From assembly GCA_963713045.1 (NCBI GenBank), contig CAVQKE010000003.1, forward strand, positions 736,001 through 800,000: a stretch of DNA of 64,000 nt, given 5' to 3'. Source of the stretch: an uncultured delta proteobacterium (GTDB taxonomy: Bacteria; Myxococcota; Myxococcia; Myxococcales; Myxococcaceae). Under the pieces are notes generated by a model that worked only from the letters and a program-made list of their open reading frames with translations, made no database searches and had not been told where the DNA came from. Both the position numbers and the translations under genes were made by a program. Positions 1 through 9,711 of the stretch are shown one piece after another. Every line of letters begins with the position of its first letter. The stretch's first letter is position 1.

Positions 1-41
1 GCGTCGTCCTTCAGCACGACACCGACATCCATCGCATTCAG

Positions 42-1262
42 GTGATTGAGGCGGCGGACACCGGCGAGTCCGAGCCGGTCATCCACGATACGGCCCCCCA
101 CCCGGTGGCCAACCTGGTGGCTGAGGTCCAACCCCGACTGTTGGCACTCAACGGGCGTCTCCGGGGGACGCTGTGGACAATCGGCCGCTCGGAGGTACGC
201 ATCGGGAAGGACCCCCAGGCCGAGCTCTCCATTCCGCAGCGCTCGCTGGCCGACCATCACGCGCGGCTGGTCCAGACTTCCGGGAATGACTGGCGCATCC
301 AGGAGGTCGGCCGAAACAAAGTGCGGGTGAATGGCGTGGCCTACGCGGACGCCCCGCTCAAAGACGGCGACGTCCTCGGCCTCGGCGCGCTCCGTTTGCG
401 CTTCATCGGCCCCGGGGCCCCGGCCCCCCAACTTCCCGGCCGTTCCAAGCCACGCCTGCCCTTGCTGCTCGCACTGGCCGCGCTGGTCGTTCTGGCTGTG
501 CTCGGCGTGCGCCAGTGGAGGCTGCGTGCGGCTTCCCCCAGCCCCGGGCCACCCGCCCCAGCCGAAGAGCCCGTTCTCGAAGTCGCCCCTCCCACCGTTG
601 CTCCGCCGGCCGCTGCGGTGGTGGCCACACCCCCTCCCCCACTCTCCAGCGACCCGTTGGTCCAAGCCCGGGCCGCCATGCAGGCCCGGGACTTCGCGCA
701 CGCCCTGCAGCTCCTCAACGCGGTGAAGGACCCGCATCGGGCGAGCGAAGTCGCCTCGCTGCGGAAGACTGCCCGGGCCGAGGCGGCCGCGGGGCGGGCA
801 GTCGCCGCTGCCCAGCGGGAACTGGACGCCGGACGTCCGGGTGCCGCGCTGCGGCAGCTGAAAGGGGCCCGCGGGACGCATGCCTATGCGCTGGAGGCGG
901 AGGTCCTCCGGGCCCGGGCCACCGAGGCGCTCCGGCCCAAAAAGGCCGGCCAGGGCACGCCTGCACCGAGCGAAGCGCTGGCCCTGTACCAGGAAGGGCG
1001 CCGTCTGTACGACGCGGGCCAGCTCCCGGCGGCCGTCACCGCCTTTGCCCATTGCCTGCAGAAGGACGCGGATTTTGCGCGATGCCACCTCATGCTGGGC
1101 TCGAGCTATGACAAGCTAGGCCAAATGGACGACGCTGAGCGGCACTACCGACGCTTTCTCGCCCTGGCCTCGCCCGACGACCCAGAAGTGCCCCGAGTGA
1201 AGAAGGTTCTTGAGGATTCGGAAAACCAGAAGAAAGCTACGGGACAACCCCCCCTGCGCTAG
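42..1262 (+). CDS. FHA-domain, single-TM, TPR-repeat protein (true start may lie upstream of the window)
   Basis: FHA-like IGKDPQAELSI..SLADHHARL..NKVRVNG..LKDGDVLGLG; TM LPLLLALAALVVLAVLGV; Pro/Ala linker; C-terminal TPRs (LYQEGRRLYDAG..CHLMLGSSYDKLG). Confidence 0.8.
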   Translation: MIEAADTGESEPVIHDTAPHPVANLVAEVQPRLLALNGRLRGTLWTIGRSEVRIGKDPQAELSIPQRSLADHHARLVQTSGNDWRIQEVGRNKVRVNGVAYADAPLKDGDVLGLGALRLRFIGPGAPAPQLPGRSKPRLPLLLALAALVVLAVLGVRQWRLRAASPSPGPPAPAEEPVLEVAPPTVAPPAAAVVATPPPPLSSDPLVQARAAMQARDFAHALQLLNAVKDPHRASEVASLRKTARAEAAAGRAVAAAQRELDAGRPGAALRQLKGARGTHAYALEAEVLRARATEALRPKKAGQGTPAPSEALALYQEGRRLYDAGQLPAAVTAFAHCLQKDADFARCHLMLGSSYDKLGQMDDAERHYRRFLALASPDDPEVPRVKKVLEDSENQKKATGQPPLR

Positions 1263-1270
1263 GAGACGCG

Positions 1271-1864
1271 ATGCAGATCCGCATCCTGGTCGTCGATGAT
1301 GAGAAGGAAACCGGCGACTACCTCCAGCTGCTTCTCAGCAAGGCCGGCTACGAAGTGGTCGCCCTCACCGACCCGACCCAAGTCCTCGACCGCCTGCGAG
1401 GAGAGGACTTTCACCTGGTCATCCTGGACATGATGATGCCGCAGATGTCCGGAACCGAGGTGTTGGAGAGGATTCGCTCCTTCGACTCGGACATCGCGGT
1501 CATCGTCGCCACCGCGCACCCGGCGGTGGACACCGCGGTGGCCTCCCTCAAGGCCCAAGCCTCGGACTACGTGAAGAAGCCGGTGGAGCCCGAAGAGCTG
1601 CTGGCCGCGGTGGAGGCGGCCCTCGCCAAGAAGGGGCTCAGCAAGGACCCGGAAGCCGAGCTGCACCGGGCCATTGGCCGCACCATCCGCGAGGCGCGCA
1701 AGAGCCAGGAGCTGACGCTAAAGCAGCTTGCCAGGCGCACCGGGCTGTCGGTTTCACTGCTCAGCCAAATCGAGCGCGCCGAGTCCTCGGCCTCCATTAG
1801 CTCGCTCTACAAAATTGCGTCCGCCCTCCGGTTGCGGATGGCGGAACTCTTCGGCGGAGCCTGA
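1271..1864 (+). CDS. digR: Response regulator, receiver + XRE HTH (DigR-like)
   Basis: ILVVDDE..ILDMMMP..KKP receiver; IREARKSQELTLKQLARRTGLSVSLLSQIERAES HTH_3; AGGAG RBS; architecture and position near accBC/ftsZ as recalled for M. xanthus digR. Confidence 0.8.
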   Translation: MQIRILVVDDEKETGDYLQLLLSKAGYEVVALTDPTQVLDRLRGEDFHLVILDMMMPQMSGTEVLERIRSFDSDIAVIVATAHPAVDTAVASLKAQASDYVKKPVEPEELLAAVEAALAKKGLSKDPEAELHRAIGRTIREARKSQELTLKQLARRTGLSVSLLSQIERAESSASISSLYKIASALRLRMAELFGGA

Positions 1865-1868
1865 GGCC

Positions 1869-2642
1869 CTACTCGCCGCGGAAGCGCGGCGCGCGACGTT
1901 CCCGCGCTGCGGCACGGCCTTCAGCCGCGTCTGCCGAAGCGAAGGCCTGCGCCCGCACCGCTTCCAGCTCCAGCCGGTCTGCCTCGGAAAGCGTATTCCG
2001 GGCGAGGCGGCGAAGGAGCAGCCGGGTCCCGGCCATCGCCAAGGGGGCCGCCTCTGCCAACTCCTCCGCCAGAGCCCGCCCAGCGGCGACCGCGTCCGGC
2101 TCCACCCGGTCCAGCAACCCCCACCGCAACGCGATGTCACTACCCACCGTGCGCCCGGTCAGCAGCATTTCCCGCGTCCGCTGCAGGCCGACCAGCTGGG
2201 CCAGACGCCAGACCCCTGCGGGGGCATAGACAATTCCCAATTTGAGAGGCGGCAGGCAGAACACGGCATCCGAGCTGCCGATGCGAAAGTCGCAGCAGCA
2301 CGCCAACTCGCACCCGGCACCAAAGGCGGCACCGGCCACCACGGCGACCGACGGACAGGGCGCCTCCTCCAGGGCCCGAAACACCTGCTGCAGCAGCGCA
2401 TCCGGCGCGCGTCCAGCGGCTGCGTCCTCCTCCAGCGTATGCAAGTCATAGCCCGCAGAAAACGCCGCGCCCTCGCCTTCCAAGACCAGCGCCCGGACCC
2501 CGACGCGCGGCGAGACGGCCTGGTCCAGGGAGACAAGCATCCCGCGGGTGAGGGCGTTGCGGCTCGCCGGACGACGCAGCGTCACCACTCGAACACCGCT
2601 TGGGAGGTCCTCGCAGCGGACGGTGCTCTCGGCTTCGGTCAT
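1869..2642 (-). CDS. Enoyl-CoA hydratase/crotonase-family protein
   Basis: RNALT, FSAGYDL, GAAFGAGCELA, EMLLTGR motifs; start overlaps the BCCP stop. Confidence 0.9.
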   Translation of the reverse strand: MTEAESTVRCEDLPSGVRVVTLRRPASRNALTRGMLVSLDQAVSPRVGVRALVLEGEGAAFSAGYDLHTLEEDAAAGRAPDALLQQVFRALEEAPCPSVAVVAGAAFGAGCELACCCDFRIGSSDAVFCLPPLKLGIVYAPAGVWRLAQLVGLQRTREMLLTGRTVGSDIALRWGLLDRVEPDAVAAGRALAEELAEAAPLAMAGTRLLLRRLARNTLSEADRLELEAVRAQAFASADAAEGRAAARERRAPRFRGE

Positions 2643-2854
2643 GGTTCGAGCACCACCAGCACATCCCCCTCATTCACCGCTTGCGCCGGCGTGCAGCGCA
2701 CTTCCTTCACCCTCCCCGCCTCGGGAGCTTCAATCGGCATCTCCATCTTCATCGACTCGAGGATGACCAGCACTTCGCCGGCAGTCACTTGTTGACCCAC
2801 CGACACCTCCACCTTCCACACCGTCCCGGTGATGTGCGCCGCCACGTCCGACAT
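2639..2854 (-). CDS. accB: Stand-alone biotin carboxyl carrier protein
   Basis: ESMKMEM biotinylation motif; 71 aa; GAGGGAGAG RBS. Confidence 0.92.
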   Translation of the reverse strand: MSDVAAHITGTVWKVEVSVGQQVTAGEVLVILESMKMEMPIEAPEAGRVKEVRCTPAQAVNEGDVLVVLEP

Positions 2855-2890
2855 GGTGTCTCTCCCTCTTGCCAGGCTGCGGGTGGCCCC

Positions 2891-4240
2891 TCAACCCTTG
2901 GCATGCTTTTCCAAAAAATGGGTGTCCAAGACACCCTCCTGAAATGCCCGGTCGCGGACAACGCGCAGGTGCAACGGCAGGTTGGTCTTGATGCCGTCCA
3001 CCTGGAAGCTGAGCAACGCGCGCTCGGCCCGCTCGATGGCTTCCCGGCGGTCGCGGCCCGAGATGATGAGCTTGGCAATCAAAGGGTCATAGTAGGGCGT
3101 CACGACATCGCCCTCGGCGTAGCCCGCATCCACCCGGACACCGTCCCCCTCGGGCAGCCGAAACGCCGTCAGCCGCCCTGGGCTGGGCAAGAAGCGGACC
3201 GGGTCCTCGGCGTAAATTCGAAACTCAAGCGCGTGTCCCGACCGCTGCACATCATCCTGACGGACGGTGAGTGGCTCGCCGGCGGCAATGCGGAGCTGCC
3301 AGCCAATCAGGTCGAGCCCAGTGGTTAACTCAGTGACCGGGTGCTCCACCTGCAGCCGGGCGTTCATCTCGACGAAGTAGAAGCCTTCCCCGTTCACCAG
3401 GAACTCCACCGTCCCAGCATTGGCGTACCCAAAGGCACGAGCCGCCGCGAGGGCTGCCTCCACCATGGCCTCGCGCAGCTGGACGTTCTGCCCGCCGAGG
3501 AAGAGCGGGCTCCCCGCTTCTTCCACCACCTTTTGATGGCGGCGTTGGATGCTGCACTCACGCTCTAAGGCGTGGATGAGGTTGCCGGAGCGGTCCCCGA
3601 GAACTTGGACTTCCACGTGCCGCGGCGAAGCAAAATAGGACTCGAGGTAGACGCCCTCACGCCCGAAGGCGGCCTTGGCTCGGTCCGAGGCCTGTCGGAA
3701 GGCCTTCTCCAACTCGGCCGCGGTGTGCGCCACCGCCATGCCGATGCCGCCACCGCCACCGGCAGCCTTGACCAGCACCGGGTAGCCGATGCGCTCGGCC
3801 TGTACCGCCGCTGCGGAAAGGTCCTCCACCACGCCGGGACTGCCCGGGACCAGCGGTACGCCAGCCTCCGCCGCCAGCGCACGCGCGACTGCCTTGTCCT
3901 TCATCCGGGCCATCGCCTCGGGTGGCGGTCCCACAAACACCAGTCCCACAGCGGTGCAGGCACGTGCGAAGTCAGCGTTCTCGGACAAAAAGCCATAGCC
4001 CGGGTGGACCGCCTCTGCGCCCGTCTGTCGTGCGGCGGCCAACAGCGCCTCGCTGTTGAGGTAGCTGTCGCGGACGGGCGCCGGCCCGAGTCGCACCGCC
4101 TGGCTGGCTTCGTGGACGTGAGGCAGCCCGGCGTCGGCGTCCGAGTAGACGGCGACCGTCTCGAGCCCCATTCCCTGTGCCACGCGGTTGATGCGCCGGG
4201 CGATTTCCCCCCGGTTGGCGATGAGCAGCCGGCGGAACAT
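2891..4240 (-). CDS. accC: Biotin carboxylase subunit
   Basis: LIANRGEIA, HPGYGFLSENA, GGGGIGM, ERECSIQRRHQKVVEE, EMNARLQVEHPVTE, YYDPLIAK. Confidence 0.95.
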   Translation of the reverse strand: MFRRLLIANRGEIARRINRVAQGMGLETVAVYSDADAGLPHVHEASQAVRLGPAPVRDSYLNSEALLAAARQTGAEAVHPGYGFLSENADFARACTAVGLVFVGPPPEAMARMKDKAVARALAAEAGVPLVPGSPGVVEDLSAAAVQAERIGYPVLVKAAGGGGGIGMAVAHTAAELEKAFRQASDRAKAAFGREGVYLESYFASPRHVEVQVLGDRSGNLIHALERECSIQRRHQKVVEEAGSPLFLGGQNVQLREAMVEAALAAARAFGYANAGTVEFLVNGEGFYFVEMNARLQVEHPVTELTTGLDLIGWQLRIAAGEPLTVRQDDVQRSGHALEFRIYAEDPVRFLPSPGRLTAFRLPEGDGVRVDAGYAEGDVVTPYYDPLIAKLIISGRDRREAIERAERALLSFQVDGIKTNLPLHLRVVRDRAFQEGVLDTHFLEKHAKG

Positions 4241-4351
4241 TGGGCGCGGGCACCCTACCATGCTGCCCCGCCAATGCGCCCCCCCAACGTTGCGCCTTTC
4301 GATCTCAGTCGGCTACCCTCGTTACACCCCGTGGAGCCTCGGCCGAAGAAG

Positions 4352-4732
4352 ATGCGAGCGCACAGCAGCAGCGGCAGCTCCCGGGTCGTGCACCTCTCGG
4401 TGGTGCGGGCCCGTAGCCGTCTCGACGCTTACCAGCAGGCCATTGGCGCGGTGCTCGCTGCCAACCGACGGACGTTTGGCCGGCTGCACGCCTCCGGAAC
4501 GCTGTTTAGCCCGGAGGGTGTGCGCGCCGGCCGGGACTTGCTTCTGGCCCATCAGCACCTGTTGCGAGTGGTGGCGCTCCTCCAACGACTCTCGGCGCGG
4601 ACCCATCTCCGCGGCCCAATCGCGGTGGCCCGTTTTGAAGGCGTCTGCCGAGAACTCGACCGTCGGCTGGAGCGAGCCTCGGCACTGGCAGAACGTACCG
4701 GGGCTCACCTTGGCCGAATGGTCGGTCGCTGA
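4352..4732 (+). CDS. Hypothetical helical protein (~126 aa)
   Basis: Fills the gap divergent from accC; ATG at 4352; helical-looking sequence; followed closely by the next gene. Confidence 0.6.
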   Translation: MRAHSSSGSSRVVHLSVVRARSRLDAYQQAIGAVLAANRRTFGRLHASGTLFSPEGVRAGRDLLLAHQHLLRVVALLQRLSARTHLRGPIAVARFEGVCRELDRRLERASALAERTGAHLGRMVGR

Positions 4733-4771
4733 AATGGCCGGTCCGACGTCTGGTACAACCTCGCCCGGTCG

Positions 4772-5494
4772 ATGAACGTCGCCGCCATTTACGCCCGCCT
4801 CTACCTGGACTGCTCGCGCCGAGCGCTGGCCAGCATCGCCAAGAGTCCCTGGACGCTGCTGCTGCCGGTGGGCCTCTTCCTGGCGCTGCAGCTGGCCGGC
4901 ATGCTGGCCTCCCCACTGGGAATGCTCGCAGGCATTGTCCTCGGCCTGGTGCTGGCTGCACTCGGCAGCTGCTACCTGTATTTCCTCGGAGAGGTGGTTG
5001 CCAACGCGAAAGTCCAGCTGTCCGAGTTCCGCAAAAGCATTGCTGCGTACTTCTGGTCGGTGGCCAACGTCCTCTTCGTCTACTGGATTGCCTCGTTCGT
5101 CATCGGCCAGCTGTTGTCTCGCTCTCCAGAGGCGCGCAGCGCAGAGGTGGCCCTGGAGTTGGTGGCACTGGTGCTCCTGAATGCTGTACCGGAGGTCATC
5201 TACCAGCGGCATACCTACGGCGGGCTGGCCACCATTCAGCGCGCCGTCCAATTTCTTCAGACCAATTGGCTGGAGTGGGGCATCCCCAACCTGGTGCTGC
5301 TCGCGGTGCTGTGGCTCGTCCTGAAGAATGGACTGGGCCTGGTGGTCGAGCTGGGCACCTTCGGGCTGGTGCTGTGGAGCGTCGTTTTCGGAAGCCTGCT
5401 TCACACGGTGATGGTCTTCCGCGGGCACCTTTTCGCTGCGCTCGACGGCAGCAGCCATCGCCAGCGCATGTTTCGCTACCGCACCGCAGCCTGA
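4772..5494 (+). CDS. Hypothetical polytopic membrane protein
   Basis: About six hydrophobic segments; strong GC3 codon bias. Confidence 0.8.
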   Translation: MNVAAIYARLYLDCSRRALASIAKSPWTLLLPVGLFLALQLAGMLASPLGMLAGIVLGLVLAALGSCYLYFLGEVVANAKVQLSEFRKSIAAYFWSVANVLFVYWIASFVIGQLLSRSPEARSAEVALELVALVLLNAVPEVIYQRHTYGGLATIQRAVQFLQTNWLEWGIPNLVLLAVLWLVLKNGLGLVVELGTFGLVLWSVVFGSLLHTVMVFRGHLFAALDGSSHRQRMFRYRTAA

Positions 5495-5495
5495 G

Positions 5496-5520
5496 GGGTT
5501 GCGAGGCGAGTTCGCAACCC
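5496..5520. terminator. Hairpin between convergent genes
   Basis: GGGTTGCGA-N7-TCGCAACCC, 9-bp perfect stem; no clear U-tract. Confidence 0.5.
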
Positions 5521-5550
5521 GCGGGTGACGGCTTGGGCCCTGCCCTCACG

Positions 5551-5988
5551 TCACTGCTGCATGCCCGAGAAGGTAAACGTGAAAGAGCCGCTGCTTCCGC
5601 TGCACCCGGTGTAGGTGCCCGAGCCCTGAGTCATCATCGTCGTCCCGGCTGAATCCAGCGTCGCGGTCGCCGAGGTGAAGGTGTAGGCCAGGGTTGGACA
5701 GCCGCCGACGTCGTGGGCCGGACAAACGAGTGTCCCGGTCCAGGTGGCTGTATTCCCACTGCCTGTCGCCACAAGGGTGCCAGAATTGTCGGGACAGACG
5801 TCCGTGGCGGTGAGCATGTCCCCGGCCACTGAGAAGATGATTTGTCCCGTGTAGGAGAATGGCGATTGCCCAGCAAAGGTGACGGTGTAGGTCCCAAACC
5901 AGGTGCCTGCCATGGCCGTATTGACGGTTGCGGCGCTACTGCAGGCCGTCAGAGCGGCGGCGAAAACCACGAGAAGCGCGCGTTTCAT
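5551..5988 (-). CDS. Small Thr/Gly/Ser-rich beta-type lipoprotein
   Basis: MKRALLVVFAAALTA-C lipobox; four further Cys; alternating beta-strand pattern. Confidence 0.8.
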   Translation of the reverse strand: MKRALLVVFAAALTACSSAATVNTAMAGTWFGTYTVTFAGQSPFSYTGQIIFSVAGDMLTATDVCPDNSGTLVATGSGNTATWTGTLVCPAHDVGGCPTLAYTFTSATATLDSAGTTMMTQGSGTYTGCSGSSGSFTFTFSGMQQ

Positions 5989-6164
5989 TTTGGAGGACCC
6001 CCTCGACCTGGAAGGCGGTGACTTTACCATTCCTCAACCCACAATCAGACTGGAACGCCAACCTCTGGCTCAGCTGAGGCGGAAGGAAGCGCCAGCAAGT
6101 TGACAATGCCCGGCGCGCTCCGCCTCAAAATTAGAATGCCTAAGCGACGTCTCGCCGGGGGAAG

Positions 6165-9100
6165 ATGAGCGCGGCGACCGAAACGAAATCTGCTGCTCCT
6201 CGCATCGCGGCGCTGTTCCTTCTCGCCCAGGCAGCGTGCTCGCTGGCACTGCTTTCCGTCACCCGGCGTTCGGAGAACGAGCGGCTGCTGGTGGCGGCTT
6301 TCGCCGTCGTCGACCTGGTGCTGGCAGTCGCCCTCGCGTTTGGCTGGCGCGCTGCCCTCCGGGCCCTGGTGCTTCGCAGCTTGCTCGGTCTCGTCGTCTT
6401 CGGGGGACTGGGGCTGCTGCGTCATGAGCCGGTGGGCGCCGGGCTGGCCCTGGCGGCCACGGGAGGCCTGTTGCTACTCGCGCTTGGCATCCCGGGCGGC
6501 GCGAGGAGTGCGGCCGGAGCAGGCTTGCTGCTGGGCGTGCTGGCCGTCGAGGCGTGCGGTCTGTACGCGGTCGTCACCGGCGACGCCCTCCTTGCACTTC
6601 CCATCTACCGCGCCCTGGGCTGGGTGGAAGGCGAGCCGGTGGAGTTGGTGACCGGCCGACGGCTTCCCTACCAGCTTCGCCTTGAGCCCGGTCATTGGGT
6701 GTACGCCACTGCCGCCCTGCACGCCGACGAAGACGCGGACGTGCATTTGGTGTGGCCGCGACGCAGCGCCCACCTGGTGGTGCGCGCCTTCGATGCGCCG
6801 GGGGCCGGCGGCTTTGACTTAGCCGAGCTTCAGCACCGGCTGGAGGGCCTGCTGGCCGACACCGAGTTTCGGGAGGCGGTGGACCTCGGCGGAAACTTCG
6901 AAGGAAGCCGACTCATTCGAGTCCACAGCCGAACCCCCGACTTCGACGAGGATGGCTGGCTTGGACTTTTTACCCGCGGAGACCACGGCTTCCTGGTGAG
7001 CGCCGCCACACCCAGTGGCAACTTCGCTCTGCTGTCCGAGACGCTGCGTGCCGACGTCGCTTCCTTCGCATTTGACCTGCCGCCTCCTCCCACCATTCCC
7101 CAGGAAGTGGTGGAACGCGTCAAGCGGGCGGTGGTGCTGGTGAAAACCGCGTCGGGCTCAGGCTCGGGCTTCGTCGTCGACGTCGTTGGGGGGACAGCGC
7201 GGGTGCTCACCAACGCCCACGTGGTGCAGCCGCCCTCCGACGGAGGGTCCGAGGAGCTCGGCGTCGTCTACACCGACGGCGCTGTCCGCGTCCTGCAGCC
7301 GGCGCACGTCATGCAGCGCGACAGCGAGGCGGACCTCGCGCTTCTCGAAGCGCCCATTGGGTCAGCCCACCCCCCACGGCTGCTGTTGCACACCGCACGG
7401 ACGGCGCCCGTCGGCCTCCCCCTCTTCGTCGTCGGCTTCCCGCTCGGACTGGGCGCCAGTGCCACGGCGGCATTTCCACCGCCCACGGTGAATGCCGGCC
7501 GGCTGGCGGGTGAGCCGGAGATGCCGGGCCCCATCCGAGTCGACGTGGCCATCAACCCTGGCAACAGCGGAGGGCCGGTGGTGGACGTCACCGGCGCTGT
7601 GCGTGGCGTGGCCATGGCCCACATCCGCGGCAGCGACACGAGTTTTCTGGTGCCGGCCGAGGAGGTGGGACGCTTCCTCGGCCACCCCGCATGGCTCGGC
7701 TGGAGTACCCTCGAAGCGCCCGCGCCCCTACCCGTCCTACCGTCGGTGGCTGGCGACCGGGACTGGGCGCTGCAGGCGACGGTCCTGGTGGAATCCGCAG
7801 GGAGGCTCGCCCCCGGTGTCCTGGTGCCCTCGGCTGGCCCTCCCTTGGTCCTCACCAGTGCCGAAGCTGTCGGCGGCACCGACGGGGGCCTGTTGGTGCG
7901 GGTGCGTCCCGGTTTCGACGACGAGCGAGCCATCTCCGCCAGCCTGCTCATCACCGAGCCGGTGTCGGACTTGGCGCTGCTGCGGTTGGCGCCAGACGCA
8001 GGGGCTCCGGCGCCACTGCTGATTGGCGCAGCCGCCCACCTCATGGAAACGTCCCCACTGGACCTCGCTGGCTTCTTCCTCACCCCGCAAGGGGGCCGCG
8101 CGTCAGGCCACAGCCGTGCTGTGGTGCGGCCGGCGGCGCTTTCTGCGCGGAAGCGAGACCGGACTGGCCGCCTGGTGGCCCTCTCGGTGGAGGCGGGCGC
8201 ACTCCCGGATTTTACCGGAGGGCCAGTGCTGGCTCCGGATGGGAAGCTGGTGGGCTTTGCCCGGCCCCACCGGGACGCGAGCTCCTCGCTTTTCGACGTG
8301 ACGGCCGGGGACCGCATCGCCGACTTTTTGGACGGTCGGCCCAGGGGCGCGGTGCTGCAGGCTGTGACGGACGGCGTCGGCCACTGCGTGTTCCGCCTTG
8401 ACGTGGACCTCGAGGACCCGCTGACGCGGATTCAACGCATCGGCGTCCAACTTCAGGACCCTCACCTGCCGGCCAGCCGGGACGCCCTGGCTTTGAATTT
8501 TCAGCCGCCGGCCGCCGCCCAGCTGGCCACCCAGGCACGGGGCACGCTCACCTTCCAGCCCCACCGCTGCCCCCAGGGCCCAACGGCGTTTCGTCTCTTC
8601 ACGGAGACTGGCCGAGGCCGCCGCACGGACGTCGTCTACCCGTTCCGCCTGTCGGCCGGCCCCGGCGTGACGGACCGTCTCGCTTTTGGGGAACCCCTGG
8701 CCGCCCCGCCCCAGGCTTTGGTGCCACCCCTCGGCTGGACTGGGACGGACTGCGCACCGGGGGATGTGACCGGCTGTCAAAGGGCTTGCAAACACAAGCG
8801 GGCGGCAAGCTGTTACCTGCTGGGCGCTGCTTACGACGCGCGCGGGACACCGGAGCTGGCCGAGCGGCCCTACCGTCAAGCCTGCGAGCGCGGCGTTGCC
8901 GTGGCCTGCGTCGCGCTCGCGCCCCGCGTCCCCACCACGTTGCAGCTGCTGGAGCGGGCCTGCGCGCTCGGGCAGGCTGAAGCTTGCACCCGGGCGGCCG
9001 CCTACCCGGAACACCCGGGAGGCTTTTACCCAGCACACCAGGCGGCACTGTTCCGGCGGGGTTGCACGCTGGGAGACGCTCGCTCCTGTCTCGAGCTCGC

Positions 9101-9350
9101 ACAGTCCGAGCTCGACACGGCCGGGCGGCCGGACACCGGGGCGGCCAGCGCCCTCCTCCTTCAAGCCTGCCAGCGCTGGGAAGCGGAGGGTTGCATGCGC
9201 TTGGCTGAGCTGCTTCAGGCCGGCAGAGTCGCTGCCCGGGGTCCCGTGACGGCGCTGGCGTTATTCGACCGCGCCTGCGCCCTCGGCAACGCGCGGGGGT
9301 GCGCGGAACTTGGAAGCATGGGACTGCCACCGGGGGGCCCGCTGCGTTGA
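6165..9350 (+). CDS. Membrane-anchored trypsin-like (S1) serine protease with a degenerate second protease domain and Cys-rich Sel1-like repeats
   Basis: ~5 N-terminal TM helices; GSGF, LTNAHVV, DLALL, INPGNSGGP; second copy LTSAEAV/DLALL/PDFTGGP; C-terminal repeats such as ACERGVAVAC, GCTLGDARSC, ACALGNARGC. Confidence 0.85.
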   Translation: MSAATETKSAAPRIAALFLLAQAACSLALLSVTRRSENERLLVAAFAVVDLVLAVALAFGWRAALRALVLRSLLGLVVFGGLGLLRHEPVGAGLALAATGGLLLLALGIPGGARSAAGAGLLLGVLAVEACGLYAVVTGDALLALPIYRALGWVEGEPVELVTGRRLPYQLRLEPGHWVYATAALHADEDADVHLVWPRRSAHLVVRAFDAPGAGGFDLAELQHRLEGLLADTEFREAVDLGGNFEGSRLIRVHSRTPDFDEDGWLGLFTRGDHGFLVSAATPSGNFALLSETLRADVASFAFDLPPPPTIPQEVVERVKRAVVLVKTASGSGSGFVVDVVGGTARVLTNAHVVQPPSDGGSEELGVVYTDGAVRVLQPAHVMQRDSEADLALLEAPIGSAHPPRLLLHTARTAPVGLPLFVVGFPLGLGASATAAFPPPTVNAGRLAGEPEMPGPIRVDVAINPGNSGGPVVDVTGAVRGVAMAHIRGSDTSFLVPAEEVGRFLGHPAWLGWSTLEAPAPLPVLPSVAGDRDWALQATVLVESAGRLAPGVLVPSAGPPLVLTSAEAVGGTDGGLLVRVRPGFDDERAISASLLITEPVSDLALLRLAPDAGAPAPLLIGAAAHLMETSPLDLAGFFLTPQGGRASGHSRAVVRPAALSARKRDRTGRLVALSVEAGALPDFTGGPVLAPDGKLVGFARPHRDASSSLFDVTAGDRIADFLDGRPRGAVLQAVTDGVGHCVFRLDVDLEDPLTRIQRIGVQLQDPHLPASRDALALNFQPPAAAQLATQARGTLTFQPHRCPQGPTAFRLFTETGRGRRTDVVYPFRLSAGPGVTDRLAFGEPLAAPPQALVPPLGWTGTDCAPGDVTGCQRACKHKRAASCYLLGAAYDARGTPELAERPYRQACERGVAVACVALAPRVPTTLQLLERACALGQAEACTRAAAYPEHPGGFYPAHQAALFRRGCTLGDARSCLELAQSELDTAGRPDTGAASALLLQACQRWEAEGCMRLAELLQAGRVAARGPVTALALFDRACALGNARGCAELGSMGLPPGGPLR

Positions 9351-9711
9351 GATGCCTTGGTGGCTGTCGGGACGGCCGTCCTAGCGGCTGCCGGAGAGGA
9401 AAGGCTTGGCAGTCAGGCCGCCGGAAGGCCCGAAGCAACCGAGCGAGCGTCGGGGATGTGCGCCCCATGCCAACGGTGCTGGGGTGTGCAGGACGAAGCC
9501 TGCTTGATGGCTGCTTCGTGAGAGGATTGCCCGCTTGGGAGCATCTTCTTTAGCAGACATGATTCCCTTCATTCACCGCAGTCGCACCCGCGCGTCCACG
9601 CGGCCGCGCCGAACGCTCGGGCTGGGGAGGCGAGCGCGGCGAGAGGTCCACCCGCTCCCAACCGATGTCCGCAGCGCTTCACCCCGCCTCACCGCCGCCC
9701 AAGGAGCCTCG

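Noticed and set aside
6100..6137. TTGACA and TAGAAT upstream of the protease gene
   Set aside because: Spacer is 26 bp, incompatible with one sigma70 promoter
9381..9572. 63-aa minus-strand ORF between the protease and IPT genes
   Set aside because: No motif and weak codon bias; cannot be supported without conservation data
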